A DNA stretch of 64,000 nt from Candidatus Thermosaccharophagus tengchongensis (lineage in GTDB: Bacteria > Armatimonadota > Fervidibacteria > Fervidibacterales > Thermosaccharophagaceae): NCBI GenBank assembly GCA_032161105.1, contig JAVHTD010000004.1. One strand, written 5' to 3'. The notes under the pieces were generated by a model. That model had not been told where the DNA came from. It saw nothing but the letters and a program-made list of their open reading frames with translations, and did no database searches. This document shows, piece by piece, positions 9,949-20,289 of the stretch (position 1 is the first letter of the stretch; each line of letters begins with the position of its first letter). Position numbers and translations under genes: made by a program.

Positions 9949-11154
9949 ATGCATATAACCTTGGGACAGGTCATTGATGTCTTCAAGTGTTGCATATTCA
10001 CATGGGACTTTCTCCCGGTTGTGCTTCCGGCATTCTTGCTCGCTGGCGCAATATCGGCATTTGTCCCGACAAGGCAAATACTCAGTTACCTTGGATATCG
10101 CGCCAACCCGATGAAGGCATACCTTGCAGCTTCACTTGGCGGCTTCGCCCTTTCAACATGCTCGTGCAACATTGTCCCAATAGCGCTCAGCACCTATAGG
10201 CGCGGTGCTGGAATAGGTCCCGCATTCACCTTCCTGTTTTGTGGTCCGGCTATTAACCTTGTGACATTGGCATGGGCTTTCAAAGTCATCGGGTTCAAGA
10301 TGGGGCTTTGGAGGGCGCTCTCAGTCCCGCTAATCGGAATAGCTATGGGAGTGGTGATGTATCTCCTCTTCAGGCGTGAGGAATTGGAGCGGCAAAGGAC
10401 TGCCAAGGATGACCCGCAAGAGATTGCATCATTGGCTGGTCAAGGTGGCGAAGTCCAGATGAAGCACGCAATGAGCGTCATCATTCTGCTACTTGGCATC
10501 ATGCTGCTTGGTGCTGCCGGCCTCCCATGGGCATTTCGCATACCAGTGCTCCTTGTCTTCGCAATCGCGCTCATCATGGTGCTTGAAAGATGGTTCACAG
10601 TTGAGCACATAAAGCTTTGGATAAGCGAGACATGGCTCTTCATGAGGAGCATACTGCCGGTCATAGTTCCGGCTATACTCGCAGTGGCATTTATTGCGCG
10701 CCTTATACCGATACGGTGGATAACCGAATACCTCTCCGAGAACACGGCTGCAGCTACATATATGGCTGCCGCATTTGGCTCACTGATGTATTTCCCAATC
10801 CTGACTGAGGTGGCTTTCGTAAAAGCTTTCCTGAAGCAGGGTATGGCAGTTGCGCCGGCGTTGGCAATACTTCTCAACGGACCCGGTGTTAGCCTTCCCG
10901 GGGCGATACTCATTGGCAAATTCTTCGGTTGGAAGAAAGCAGTCGTATACGAGTTGCTTGAAATGTTCCTTGGCGGGAGCGTCGGATTCCTCTTCGGCAA
11001 GATACACGGTGACTATGTTTGCCCATGCCAAGTGGGGGGTGTATCACCGCCAAATGTCTGGCTTATCATAGCTATGCTCGTGATGGTGTTTGTAGCGCTC
11101 GTCTCATCGTTCATCCTGCTCCTCAGAAAAAGCGAGAGGGTGTCATGGAGTTAA
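9949..11154 (+). CDS. ArsP/DUF318-family permease
   Basis: PAFLLAGAI, STCSCNIVP, GAGIGPAFTFLFCGPAIN, LMYFPILTEV, LAILLNGPGVSLP. Confidence 0.88.
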   Translation: MHITLGQVIDVFKCCIFTWDFLPVVLPAFLLAGAISAFVPTRQILSYLGYRANPMKAYLAASLGGFALSTCSCNIVPIALSTYRRGAGIGPAFTFLFCGPAINLVTLAWAFKVIGFKMGLWRALSVPLIGIAMGVVMYLLFRREELERQRTAKDDPQEIASLAGQGGEVQMKHAMSVIILLLGIMLLGAAGLPWAFRIPVLLVFAIALIMVLERWFTVEHIKLWISETWLFMRSILPVIVPAILAVAFIARLIPIRWITEYLSENTAAATYMAAAFGSLMYFPILTEVAFVKAFLKQGMAVAPALAILLNGPGVSLPGAILIGKFFGWKKAVVYELLEMFLGGSVGFLFGKIHGDYVCPCQVGGVSPPNVWLIIAMLVMVFVALVSSFILLLRKSERVSWS

Positions 11155-11270
11155 ACAACCGAGAATATGGCGACTTAGCCGGCTTTATTCCTTTTTGGGG
11201 CGCATTTCATGCGCCCCTGCGAGTCTGCAGAATGAACAAGCGCTCTCCGTTAAAATGGCGGTGATGAAGC

Positions 11271-11999
11271 TTGCGCATGCTGATAGTCATAAGTTTGGTG
11301 GTTACTTTGATGCTCTCCGGCACAATCATGTATGAAATTCTTGCCCACGAACCTTTTCCGAAGGTCGTTGCGTTGACTTTTGACGACGGACCGCACCCCG
11401 TTTACACGCCAAAAATTCTGGACATCCTGCAAAGGTATAATGTCAAAGCGACTTTCTTTTTGATTGGCAAGCAAGTGGAACAGTTCCCAGAAATTGCCCG
11501 GCAAATTGTTTCTGAGGGGCATGAAATTGGCAACCACACCTACTCGCACCCCAATAACTTGCCGAAAGAAAACTGGGATGAGGTCAGGTCTGAGATTGAA
11601 AAATGCTCCACCGCCATAGAGCGTGTCACAGGAATTCGCCCGAAGTTTTTCCGGCCGCCAAGAGGGTTCTTGAACTACAGGGTGCTTACACTCGCGCAGT
11701 TGGAAGGCTACACCACTGTCCTCTGGACGGTCAGCGCCGACCACAAAGATGCTCCTACACCGCAAGCAATGGCGAAGCGTGTGCTGAAACTCGTTCACCC
11801 TTGCGCCATTATCTTGATGCATGACGGTCGCGTCTCTTCCCGCTGGAAAGATGTAAAGGCGCTGCCGCTAATCATTGAAGGCTTGCGAAAGCAAGGCTAC
11901 GAGTTCGTCACTATCTCTGGGCTGTTTCAAACTTTTCGGAAAGCGAGAAATTTGGCTCCCCACAACCCCCTTGCCCTTAACGGCGGAATGCGGAGGTGA
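11271..11999 (+). CDS. Polysaccharide deacetylase (NodB/CE4)
   Basis: ALTFDDGP, GNHTYSHP, FRPPRG, ILMHDG motifs. Confidence 0.93.
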   Translation: MRMLIVISLVVTLMLSGTIMYEILAHEPFPKVVALTFDDGPHPVYTPKILDILQRYNVKATFFLIGKQVEQFPEIARQIVSEGHEIGNHTYSHPNNLPKENWDEVRSEIEKCSTAIERVTGIRPKFFRPPRGFLNYRVLTLAQLEGYTTVLWTVSADHKDAPTPQAMAKRVLKLVHPCAIILMHDGRVSSRWKDVKALPLIIEGLRKQGYEFVTISGLFQTFRKARNLAPHNPLALNGGMRR

Positions 12000-12096
12000 A
12001 TGAAATCCGCCCCTCTTTCGGGCATGTTCCGTATGCCCCACTTGAGCGGCAGCCAATGATGCTGCCAATTGTGCGAGCCGCAGCAACTAAAGCGCT

Positions 12097-12432
12097 TCAA
12101 AGGTGTCCCTCAACCAACTTCTCTGCCGACTTCGCCATTAGCTCCGCTCTTAAGAGCAAATCCTCACGCCTGTCATCCCCTATGACCTTGTAGTCTTCAA
12201 CCACAAGCCTGCATGCCACTAACGCCTCATAAGCCCTCTCAAGCGCTTCTTGCAACGGTTGTGGAAGGAATACCGCTGTGACGATGTGAGCCATTCTTCT
12301 GATGCGCCTTTGCAATGATGCCCGATGACGCTTATCTCCGTGAAATCCCTTGACCTCGTCCACGAGCGCCCGCACTTGCTTAACCGCCTTCAGCGCCGCC
12401 CTCTGCTCTTTGCTTAGATGTAACTTTGGCAA
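12097..12432 (-). CDS. Hypothetical helical protein (about 111 aa)
   Basis: GGAGGTG RBS before TTG at 12432, in the frame of track ORF 12097..12729. Confidence 0.55.
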   Translation of the reverse strand: MPKLHLSKEQRAALKAVKQVRALVDEVKGFHGDKRHRASLQRRIRRMAHIVTAVFLPQPLQEALERAYEALVACRLVVEDYKVIGDDRREDLLLRAELMAKSAEKLVEGHL

Positions 12433-12934
12433 CCCTGCGCACCTCCGAAAGGAGCAACCTGTCAACTTCCTCAACGATCCTCTCGGCGAGCAGCTTGGAT
12501 GCCCTCTGACCGAGCTCTCCGAGGATGTAATTGCTCTCCACACCGAGGTCAATTCCGGACTCACGCAAGAACTCATCGGCGTAAATGACAGCGTTGGGCT
12601 CCTTGCCATATCGGCGGCACATCCTCGTGCCACACGCATATGAGCACGCCTCAATCGCAATGACCGGATACGAGAGCACATAGATGATGTCCTCCTCGGC
12701 GCCAACGAACAGCGCAGGCGCACACCCAAGCACCGTCACCTTCGGGCGCAATTCCTCAGCAACGATATAACAAGCCTGCCTGACAGCAGTCCCAATCGCA
12801 TCCTCCAAACCCAAACATGGCATGAGACAAACCTTCACCCCTCTATCGGCAATCGCCCTTATCAAGCAAGGGCAAGTGCGCCGCTTAACTTGACCACTCT
12901 TTCCGACCGTGTTGCCTGCATCCCTAACCCGCAT
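12380..12934 (-). CDS. DGC-domain (putative Zn-binding) protein
   Basis: LMPCLG...GTAVRQA...LGCAPAL...IAIEACSYACG. Confidence 0.75.
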   Translation of the reverse strand: MRVRDAGNTVGKSGQVKRRTCPCLIRAIADRGVKVCLMPCLGLEDAIGTAVRQACYIVAEELRPKVTVLGCAPALFVGAEEDIIYVLSYPVIAIEACSYACGTRMCRRYGKEPNAVIYADEFLRESGIDLGVESNYILGELGQRASKLLAERIVEEVDRLLLSEVRRVAKVTSKQRAEGGAEGG

Positions 12935-12939
12935 CTGTC

Positions 12940-13404
12940 TCACTTCCCGCAAGTGGCAATAAACTCGTCAACGAGCTTGACTACCTCACTTGCAATTGCC
13001 TCAACGACTTTCATTCCCTTTTCGGAATAACGACTCCTCTGCTCACCCTTCAGCGACAAGCCATACTTGACGCATACTTCGGGGATGTAAATTCGCCCAA
13101 TGACCTTCCCTCCGATGTCACTCGGCTTGATGATGCCATCCTTAACCTTTTCGCTATACACGCCGCTTGCGCATTTTGGCTTGCACCCATCAATCAGGAT
13201 GAGCGGATATGAGTTTGCATCCCTCACAGCCTTCGGGTAGTCAACGCCGAGTGTAGCAGCTCCCCACACGATAATGTTTTGTGGGCGAAGTTGCTGTGCA
13301 CGCAATGCGCCAAGCCGGGCTGCCGTTGAAACGAGCATGCCAATGCCATTGCACGAAACCACGACAACCTTAAGGTTTGAACTTGGTTGCATCACCGCTT
13401 TCAC
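12940..13404 (-). CDS. DGC-domain (putative Zn-binding) protein
   Basis: VVSCNGIG...LILIDGCKPKCAS. Confidence 0.8.
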   Translation of the reverse strand: MKAVMQPSSNLKVVVVSCNGIGMLVSTAARLGALRAQQLRPQNIIVWGAATLGVDYPKAVRDANSYPLILIDGCKPKCASGVYSEKVKDGIIKPSDIGGKVIGRIYIPEVCVKYGLSLKGEQRSRYSEKGMKVVEAIASEVVKLVDEFIATCGK

Positions 13405-13459
13405 CCCTTAATTACAGCCGCATTTTTGAGCCGCAAGTGATGATGTTCCCAAAACAGCC

Positions 13460-15232
13460 CTAATTCACGCCACAATTTTGTTCAAACCACCACCGCATCT
13501 CGCTCAGCACTTGCTTCACAATTGGCGCTGCCACTTCACCGCCATGCCCGCTCGCTTCAACGACGACAGCAAAAGCAACCCTTGGTGAATCAGCCGGCGC
13601 ATAGCCTATGATCCAAGCATGCGGCTTCTCACCGCGCCTGTGCTGCGACGAGCCAGTTTTCCCGGCAACGGTCACGGGTGAGCTCGCCAAGACCCTCGCA
13701 GTCCCACCGCTGCCATAGACAGCCCATTTCATGCCGAGCCTTATTGAGCTCAACGCCATTGAACTGACCGCCAACCTGTTGAGCACGACTGGCTCGTGGC
13801 GTTTGATGACACCCCTTGGACCATCCTCAATTGACGATAGCAAATGGGGTCTGTAAACGATGCCACCGTTTGCGATCGCTGAAGCAACGAGGCACATTTG
13901 CAATGGCGTCGCCAATAGGTAGCCTTGCCCGATGGCATAGTTCGCCGTGTCGCCATCATACCACCGCACACCATACCTCGCTTTCTTCCAAGACGGTGTC
14001 GGAACTAATCCACTCCCCTCACCCGGAAGATCAACCCCGCACTTCTTCCCAAGCCAGAATGCACGCGCATACTCGCTCAACTTTTCGGGTCCGACAAGCA
14101 ATCCCACTCGGTAAAAGTAGGCATCACAAGATTGCCCAATTGCTTTAACGAGGTCAACAGTGCCGTGCCTGCGCCAGCACTTGAAAAATCTCCTGCCGAC
14201 ACGCAAACCGCCATCGCATGTGAACCTCGTTTGAGGCGTTATAACTCCGCTTGCAAGCCCCGCAAGCGCTGTCACAATTTTGAATGTTGACCCGGGAGGG
14301 TAGCATCCGCTTATGGCTTTGTTCTGGAGTGGGTGCGACCTATCCGTTCGGAGCTTATGCCATTCGCTCGCGCTCATCCCGTTTGAGAATGAGTTTGGAG
14401 AGAAGGAGGGCGAACTGCACATTGCCAATATGCCCCCATCATGGACATCCACGACCACGATTGCACCATGGCGCCCTCCCAGTGCCCTCTCACAAGCCAT
14501 TTGCCAGTTGATGTCAATCGTCAGGCGCAATGTCTTTCCCGGCTGTGACCTTATCTCGGAGAGCTTGCGCACAAGCGCCCCAGTGGCATCCACCTCAACT
14601 AACCTGTAGCCCTTCTCCCCCTGCAAGAACTCATCGTATGCCTTCTCAACGCCGCTCTTCCCGACTTTATCACCCGGCATAAGCTCACGGCGTTCCTTCA
14701 ATCCATCCTCACTGACCTCTCCGATGTATCCGAGCACATGAGCTGCGAGCCTGTCATATGGGTAGCGCCTTATCGGGACTTCCTCAATGGTCACGCCGGG
14801 CATGGCGTAAATTCGCTCAAGCGCTTCAATCAATGTCTTTTTGTCCAAGCACCTTTTCAGTGCGATCGGCTCAAAGCCCCTATACCGGCTGTCATTGACG
14901 AGCTTAAGGATTTGCTCCTTGGGCTTGCAACTCAGCTTTGAGAGCACATCAAGCACGCCATCGGTCGCTTCAAACTCAGCTGGGATAATACAGAGGTTGT
15001 AGGAGATGATGTTAGTGGCGAGCACATTCCCACCTGAGTCAACTATGAGACCCCTTGGCGGATGAATGATGACGGAGCGCACCCAGTGATGGCGCGCACG
15101 CTCATCGTAATACGATGCCTGCAGGATTTGGAGATACCAAAGGCGCACAGAAAACACGATGAGGGTGAAGAGGAGAACAAGCCGAATAGTGCTTATGCGC
15201 CGCTGAACGGCATCACCGGGACGCCCGTTCAC
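13460..15232 (-). CDS. mrdA: Penicillin-binding protein 2
   Basis: RLWYLQI, PPGSTFK (SxxK), SCD (SxN-like), AGKTGS. Confidence 0.93.
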   Translation of the reverse strand: MNGRPGDAVQRRISTIRLVLLFTLIVFSVRLWYLQILQASYYDERARHHWVRSVIIHPPRGLIVDSGGNVLATNIISYNLCIIPAEFEATDGVLDVLSKLSCKPKEQILKLVNDSRYRGFEPIALKRCLDKKTLIEALERIYAMPGVTIEEVPIRRYPYDRLAAHVLGYIGEVSEDGLKERRELMPGDKVGKSGVEKAYDEFLQGEKGYRLVEVDATGALVRKLSEIRSQPGKTLRLTIDINWQMACERALGGRHGAIVVVDVHDGGILAMCSSPSFSPNSFSNGMSASEWHKLRTDRSHPLQNKAISGCYPPGSTFKIVTALAGLASGVITPQTRFTCDGGLRVGRRFFKCWRRHGTVDLVKAIGQSCDAYFYRVGLLVGPEKLSEYARAFWLGKKCGVDLPGEGSGLVPTPSWKKARYGVRWYDGDTANYAIGQGYLLATPLQMCLVASAIANGGIVYRPHLLSSIEDGPRGVIKRHEPVVLNRLAVSSMALSSIRLGMKWAVYGSGGTARVLASSPVTVAGKTGSSQHRRGEKPHAWIIGYAPADSPRVAFAVVVEASGHGGEVAAPIVKQVLSEMRWWFEQNCGVN

Positions 15233-17166
15233 TTCAACCCCTCCAGCTGGAAGACAAAAACGGGCTTCCTCCTCCCGGAAACAGTGACGGGACCGAGCTC
15301 CCTCACGATGACCCTGTCTCTCACAAGCTCGTAAGTTGTATCGCTTAGCAGTATTTGATCGCCGATAGCCATCTCCTGAAGGCGCTTTGCCACATTAACG
15401 GTATCGCCAACTGCCGTGAACTCAACCCTTACCCTCTCCGAACCGATATAGCCAACTATTGCATCGCCAGTGTTTATCCCAATCCCGACGGTGATGAAGC
15501 GCAACCCCGTGCTGCTTTTCCCCCTCGCAAACTCCGCAACCGATTGCCTCATATCCCACGCAGCCGCTACAGCCCGCCATGCATCGTCCTCATGGCTTTC
15601 TGGAGCGCCAAAGAAAGCCATCATCCCATCACCCAAGAACTTGTCAACCGTCCCCTCATAACGAAATGTGACCGAGGCGAGCAGCGGAAGGAAAGCGTTT
15701 AGCAGCTCAACAACTTGCTCGGGTGTGAGCCTTTCGGAGATGGATGTGAAGCCATGCATGTCGGCAAAGAGCACAGTTATCCTGCGCCTTACGCCGCCGC
15801 TCACGAGCGATGCCGGGTTGTCCATTATCCTGTCGGCAACATGCCTCGGGAGAACTCGGTATAAAGCCTCACGGCGCCTCGTCGCTTCGGTTATGTCATC
15901 GGTCAACAACACGGCACCAATGGCATTGTTTCTCTCATCCCTCAATGGTGCTGCTCGCATGCTCAAAATCTTCGTCTGCCCAAACTGGTTGATGTATTCA
16001 AGCTCAACTCCGGATACGCTCTCACCAAGCTCAAGCACCCTCTCAACCAACCCGACAAGGCGTGGGTTGAATGCGCCACCAAGCGCATCCTTGAAGTGCA
16101 TTCCGATAGCCTGAGCTGCTGACAGGCAGAATATGCGTTCTGATGCAGCATTGAACGCCGTTATATGACCCGCCGAATCAAGCACTACAATGCCGACATT
16201 GACGCTTTCAAGCAGGTTGCGAGTGTAGCTTGAAATGCTCTCGCACTTCAGCCTCCATTGCCAATACCTTATCCCGACTCCGGCGAGCCCGACGAGCAAC
16301 TCGCATGCTTTGAGCAACCCGTCTTCAACTTCGGATGGACACTTCGCCACGAAGATACCCGCCACAATTCCGTCAATCGCGATTGGCGCTACAATTGCGC
16401 ACTCAACATCTCGTGGGAGCCATTCGCGCAACCGAGCAAATGGATAGCTCACACCGCCCTTGAATGAGACCACTTTGAAACCCTGCCGTGCTATCTCGGT
16501 GAGCATATCCACCGTCAATCTAAACTCATCCCTTAAAAGCCACCTGTGAGCATCACCTATGACATGCAGCGTCACGATAAACTGACCAGCCGACACCTCA
16601 ACGATTTCGGGTATGCTCAGCACTTCGGGGCGCACGAGGAAGGCGCACTCGCTTATCCCTGTCAACCCACTGAATAAGCTGCACAGCGAAAGCAAATAGC
16701 TTGATGGCGATTGTGAAGCGCTCAGCGCCTCAATTGCATCTTTGCTGAGCCATCCAAGTATGTCACCCGACGCAGCAACATGTGTTGCCTCTCTAACCGC
16801 TTCAACTTCGGCTTTCAAATCCTCACCCAATTTTCCCTCCCTCTCGCCAACGGGTTCTACCGCCTTCGGGAATGAATGAAGCGCATCCTTAACCATACCC
16901 AATACATCCCCTGTGGCGTTGAAGGAAAACAAATCCGCATCGCCGACTCTGCGAACTATGCCCACACCGATGAGCATGCTGAGAGCCTCAACAATCGCCC
17001 CCTCGCTCTCACCAGTCCACTGAGCCAACCCAGACGGTGTGTCTATCACATGCGGGTTGCGCACAAAGAATTCAAGCAGCCTGCGAACCGAATTTATCCC
17101 GACAAGCCTCCTGAGCGCATGATGGACATCTTCGTCGGTGTGCATCATCATCACCCAACTCGCCAA
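15229..17166 (-). CDS. Class III adenylate cyclase with wHTH-like, GAF-like and PAS domains
   Basis: VLFADMHGFT, DKFLGDG, FTAVGDTVNVAKRL; PAS segment (FNAASERIF). Confidence 0.88.
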   Translation of the reverse strand: MASWVMMMHTDEDVHHALRRLVGINSVRRLLEFFVRNPHVIDTPSGLAQWTGESEGAIVEALSMLIGVGIVRRVGDADLFSFNATGDVLGMVKDALHSFPKAVEPVGEREGKLGEDLKAEVEAVREATHVAASGDILGWLSKDAIEALSASQSPSSYLLSLCSLFSGLTGISECAFLVRPEVLSIPEIVEVSAGQFIVTLHVIGDAHRWLLRDEFRLTVDMLTEIARQGFKVVSFKGGVSYPFARLREWLPRDVECAIVAPIAIDGIVAGIFVAKCPSEVEDGLLKACELLVGLAGVGIRYWQWRLKCESISSYTRNLLESVNVGIVVLDSAGHITAFNAASERIFCLSAAQAIGMHFKDALGGAFNPRLVGLVERVLELGESVSGVELEYINQFGQTKILSMRAAPLRDERNNAIGAVLLTDDITEATRRREALYRVLPRHVADRIMDNPASLVSGGVRRRITVLFADMHGFTSISERLTPEQVVELLNAFLPLLASVTFRYEGTVDKFLGDGMMAFFGAPESHEDDAWRAVAAAWDMRQSVAEFARGKSSTGLRFITVGIGINTGDAIVGYIGSERVRVEFTAVGDTVNVAKRLQEMAIGDQILLSDTTYELVRDRVIVRELGPVTVSGRRKPVFVFQLEGLK

Positions 17167-17181
17167 CCATACACGGTCGCA

Positions 17182-18414
17182 TCAGTCTGCGCCGCTCGGC
17201 TTTTCTCCGAGGGCATTCATGACAACCTCAACATCCTTATCGCCGCGCCCCGATAGGCAAACAATGACAACGGTATCGCTGCTGAGCGATTGAGATAGCT
17301 TGACCAAATACGCTACAGCATGCGCCGGCTCAAGCGCTGGCAATATCCCTTCGGTCTCGGCGAGCATCTTGAAAGCGCTCAATGCCTCTTCATCTGTGAC
17401 GGCAACATAAGTTGCCCTACCGGTGGCTTTCAGATAGGCGTGCTCCGGACCGACACCCGGGTAATCCAATCCAGCCGAGATGGAGTGTGTTGTCCGTATT
17501 TGACCATGCTCATCCTGAAGCACGAAGCTATACGCCCCATGAAGGACACCCTCGGTGCCGGCGACGAGCGTTGCAGCGTGCATGCCAGTCTCAATTCCCC
17601 TGCCAGCTGCTTCAACGCCGATGAGCTTGACAGACTCGTCCGACAAGAACGGATAAAAGATGCCCATTGAGTTGCTCCCGCCGCCAACGCATGCAATGAT
17701 ATAGTCCGGCAGCTTGCCCTCAACTGCAAGTATCTGCTCCCTCGCCTCACGCCCAATCACAGATTGGAAGTCGCGCACAATCATCGGATAGGGATGCGGA
17801 CCAACAACTGAGCCAATGACATAATGCGTGTGATGAACATTTGTCACCCAATCTCTCATCGCCTCATTGATTGCGTCCTTCAGCGTCCTGCTACCCGAGC
17901 GAACCGGTATGACCCTCGCACCGAGGAGTTGCATCCGAAACACATTCAATGCTTGCCGCCTCATGTCCTCCTCGCCCATGTAGATGTCGCATTCAAGCCC
18001 GAGCAGCGCGGCAGCTGTTGCAGTGGCAACGCCGTGCTGACCGGCACCGGTCTCCGCAATGAGCCTCCTTTTGCCCATGCGCTTCGCCAAGAGCGCTTGC
18101 CCAAGCGTGTTGTTTATTTTGTGAGCGCCGGTGTGACACAGATCCTCGCGCTTAAGGTAAACCTTAACCCCGAGCCGCTCACTCAACCTGCTCGCAAAGT
18201 AAAGCGGCGTTGGGCGACCAGCGTAATCCCTGAGGAGATGCTCAAGCTCCGCGTGAAACTTTGGGTCGGACTTAGCAGCCTCATACTCCTCACACAGCTC
18301 CTGCAATGGATACATGAGCGTCTCTGGAACATACATCCCGCCATACTTCCCAAACCTGCCTTTGGCATCCGGAAGAGCATATTGAGCCACTGCCAATTCA
18401 ATCACTCCCATCAC
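17182..18414 (-). CDS. trpB: Tryptophan synthase beta chain
   Basis: [36 protein letters not shown]. Confidence 0.98.
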   Translation of the reverse strand: MMGVIELAVAQYALPDAKGRFGKYGGMYVPETLMYPLQELCEEYEAAKSDPKFHAELEHLLRDYAGRPTPLYFASRLSERLGVKVYLKREDLCHTGAHKINNTLGQALLAKRMGKRRLIAETGAGQHGVATATAAALLGLECDIYMGEEDMRRQALNVFRMQLLGARVIPVRSGSRTLKDAINEAMRDWVTNVHHTHYVIGSVVGPHPYPMIVRDFQSVIGREAREQILAVEGKLPDYIIACVGGGSNSMGIFYPFLSDESVKLIGVEAAGRGIETGMHAATLVAGTEGVLHGAYSFVLQDEHGQIRTTHSISAGLDYPGVGPEHAYLKATGRATYVAVTDEEALSAFKMLAETEGILPALEPAHAVAYLVKLSQSLSSDTVVIVCLSGRGDKDVEVVMNALGEKPSGAD

Positions 18415-19195
18415 AATTTAATCCGAGCAGCTCTCTCATCTTCGCGAGTGGGTCTTCAGAGCGCATTAACGCCTCACCGACTAAGATCGCATCAACACCC
18501 TCTCCATCAAGGATGCGCACATCTTCCCTGCACTTAATCCCGCTCTCGGAGACGACTATGATGCCATCTGGAACGAGCTTCCTCAAGCGCAGCGTCGTGG
18601 CTATGTCAACCTGCATCGTCTTGAGGTCGCGATTGTTTATCCCGATGATGTCTGCGCCACATGAGAGCGCTAAATCAAGCTCTGTCTCATCATGCACCTC
18701 AACGAGCGCATCCATGCCATACTCACGCACGAGCGAGATGAGCTCCCCGAGCTGCTGAGGTTCCAATGCCGCAACGATTAGCAGCACTGCATCTGCGCCA
18801 TAAGCCCTCGCCTCAACAACTTGATACTCGCACAGTATGAAGTCCTTGCGCAGCACGGGCTTGCTCGTAATTTCTTTGGCGAGCTGCAGGTGCTCAATGT
18901 GTCCGCCGAAGAAATGTTCCTCGGTGAGCACTGATATAGCCGAAGCCGGTGAAACCTCGTAAAGGTGAAGCAATTCCGATGGCTCAAAACGCTCCCTTAT
19001 GACGCCCGCTGACGGCGACGAGCGCTTCAACTCCGCTATGAGTTTAATCCCGTTAGTCCGCCTCACCGCCCTTGAGAACGACCTCACTTGATGGGCAAAG
19101 CGCAGACGCTCATGCAACAGCTCAATTGGCACTTCCGCCATGACACTCTCAACTTGCTTTCGCTTCACTTCCAGAAGGTGATGCAATACTGTCAT
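18398..19195 (-). CDS. trpC: Indole-3-glycerol phosphate synthase
   Basis: [28 protein letters not shown]. Confidence 0.97.
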   Translation of the reverse strand: MTVLHHLLEVKRKQVESVMAEVPIELLHERLRFAHQVRSFSRAVRRTNGIKLIAELKRSSPSAGVIRERFEPSELLHLYEVSPASAISVLTEEHFFGGHIEHLQLAKEITSKPVLRKDFILCEYQVVEARAYGADAVLLIVAALEPQQLGELISLVREYGMDALVEVHDETELDLALSCGADIIGINNRDLKTMQVDIATTLRLRKLVPDGIIVVSESGIKCREDVRILDGEGVDAILVGEALMRSEDPLAKMRELLGLNCDGSD

Positions 19196-19254
19196 CTGTT
19201 GCTCTCACCCTTCGTGGGAATGGAAAGCCGCTCAAGCTGAATCATCATGCGAAG

Positions 19255-20289
19255 CTATCTTGCCGCTCCGCTCACCTTTTCGCTGAACTGGATTACACGC
19301 TTGAGGCACTGAAGCGCCCTTCCGCTATCTATTGCCTCCTCAGCGGCTTTGATTCCGTCGGCGATGTTATCGCACAGCTCCCCGGCAACGATTCCGAGGG
19401 CAGCGTTGAGCAGGACCGAATCTCTCGGGCAGCCATGAACATCACCGCTGAGCACACCGAGCAACAGTCTTGCGCCATCTTCCCTGCTGCTTATGCGCAA
19501 CTCATCCAAGCTGCCACGCCCAAAACCAATTTCACTTGGCACAAGCTCGTATGTGCGCACATCGCCGTGAGATAGCTCGCTGATGAGCGTAGGTGCGCAT
19601 GGTGAAACTTCGTCCAAACCGTCGTGTGAATGAACTACGAATGCCCTCCTCAAGCCCAAGCTGCACAGCACTCTGGCAATCCTCTCAGAAAGGTGCGGCG
19701 AGAACACGCCCATTGTTTGCCCGGTGATGTTTGCCGGGTTTGTGATCGGACCGAGTATGTTGAAGACAGTCCTGATCCCGAGCTGCCGCCTTATGTGCGC
19801 CACATTCCTCATAGCCGGATGGAACTGCGGCGCAAACAGGAAGCCAAATCCAATATCCTCAATGCACTGCTTAACCATCTCAGGCGGCATGTTCAAGTTG
19901 TAGCCGAGCTCCTCAAGCACATCGGCGCTGCCGCATTGACTCGTCACCGACCTATTGCCGTGCTTAGCCACAGCAACGCCAGCACCGGCAACAACGAATG
20001 CTGCTGCTGTTGAGATGTTGAATGTGTGAGCACCATCGCCACCAGTGCCGCATGTGTCAACTAATGGCTGCCTGTCAACTTGGATACGCAAAGCCTTATC
20101 CCGCATTGCCCTCGCAAAGCCGACTATCTCTTCAACACTCTCACCGCGCATCCTCAAGGCTGTAAGCAAGCCGGCAACCTGCACATCTTGCGCCTCACCG
20201 CCAATGACCTGCAACATGACATCGTATGCCTCATCGGCACTGAGATGCCCACCCTCAACAATGCGCTTCAGCGCCCCAGCAATATCCAT
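19255..20289 (-). CDS. trpD: Anthranilate phosphoribosyltransferase
   Basis: DTCGTGGDG, NISTA, KHGNRS. Confidence 0.97.
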   Translation of the reverse strand: MDIAGALKRIVEGGHLSADEAYDVMLQVIGGEAQDVQVAGLLTALRMRGESVEEIVGFARAMRDKALRIQVDRQPLVDTCGTGGDGAHTFNISTAAAFVVAGAGVAVAKHGNRSVTSQCGSADVLEELGYNLNMPPEMVKQCIEDIGFGFLFAPQFHPAMRNVAHIRRQLGIRTVFNILGPITNPANITGQTMGVFSPHLSERIARVLCSLGLRRAFVVHSHDGLDEVSPCAPTLISELSHGDVRTYELVPSEIGFGRGSLDELRISSREDGARLLLGVLSGDVHGCPRDSVLLNAALGIVAGELCDNIADGIKAAEEAIDSGRALQCLKRVIQFSEKVSGAAR

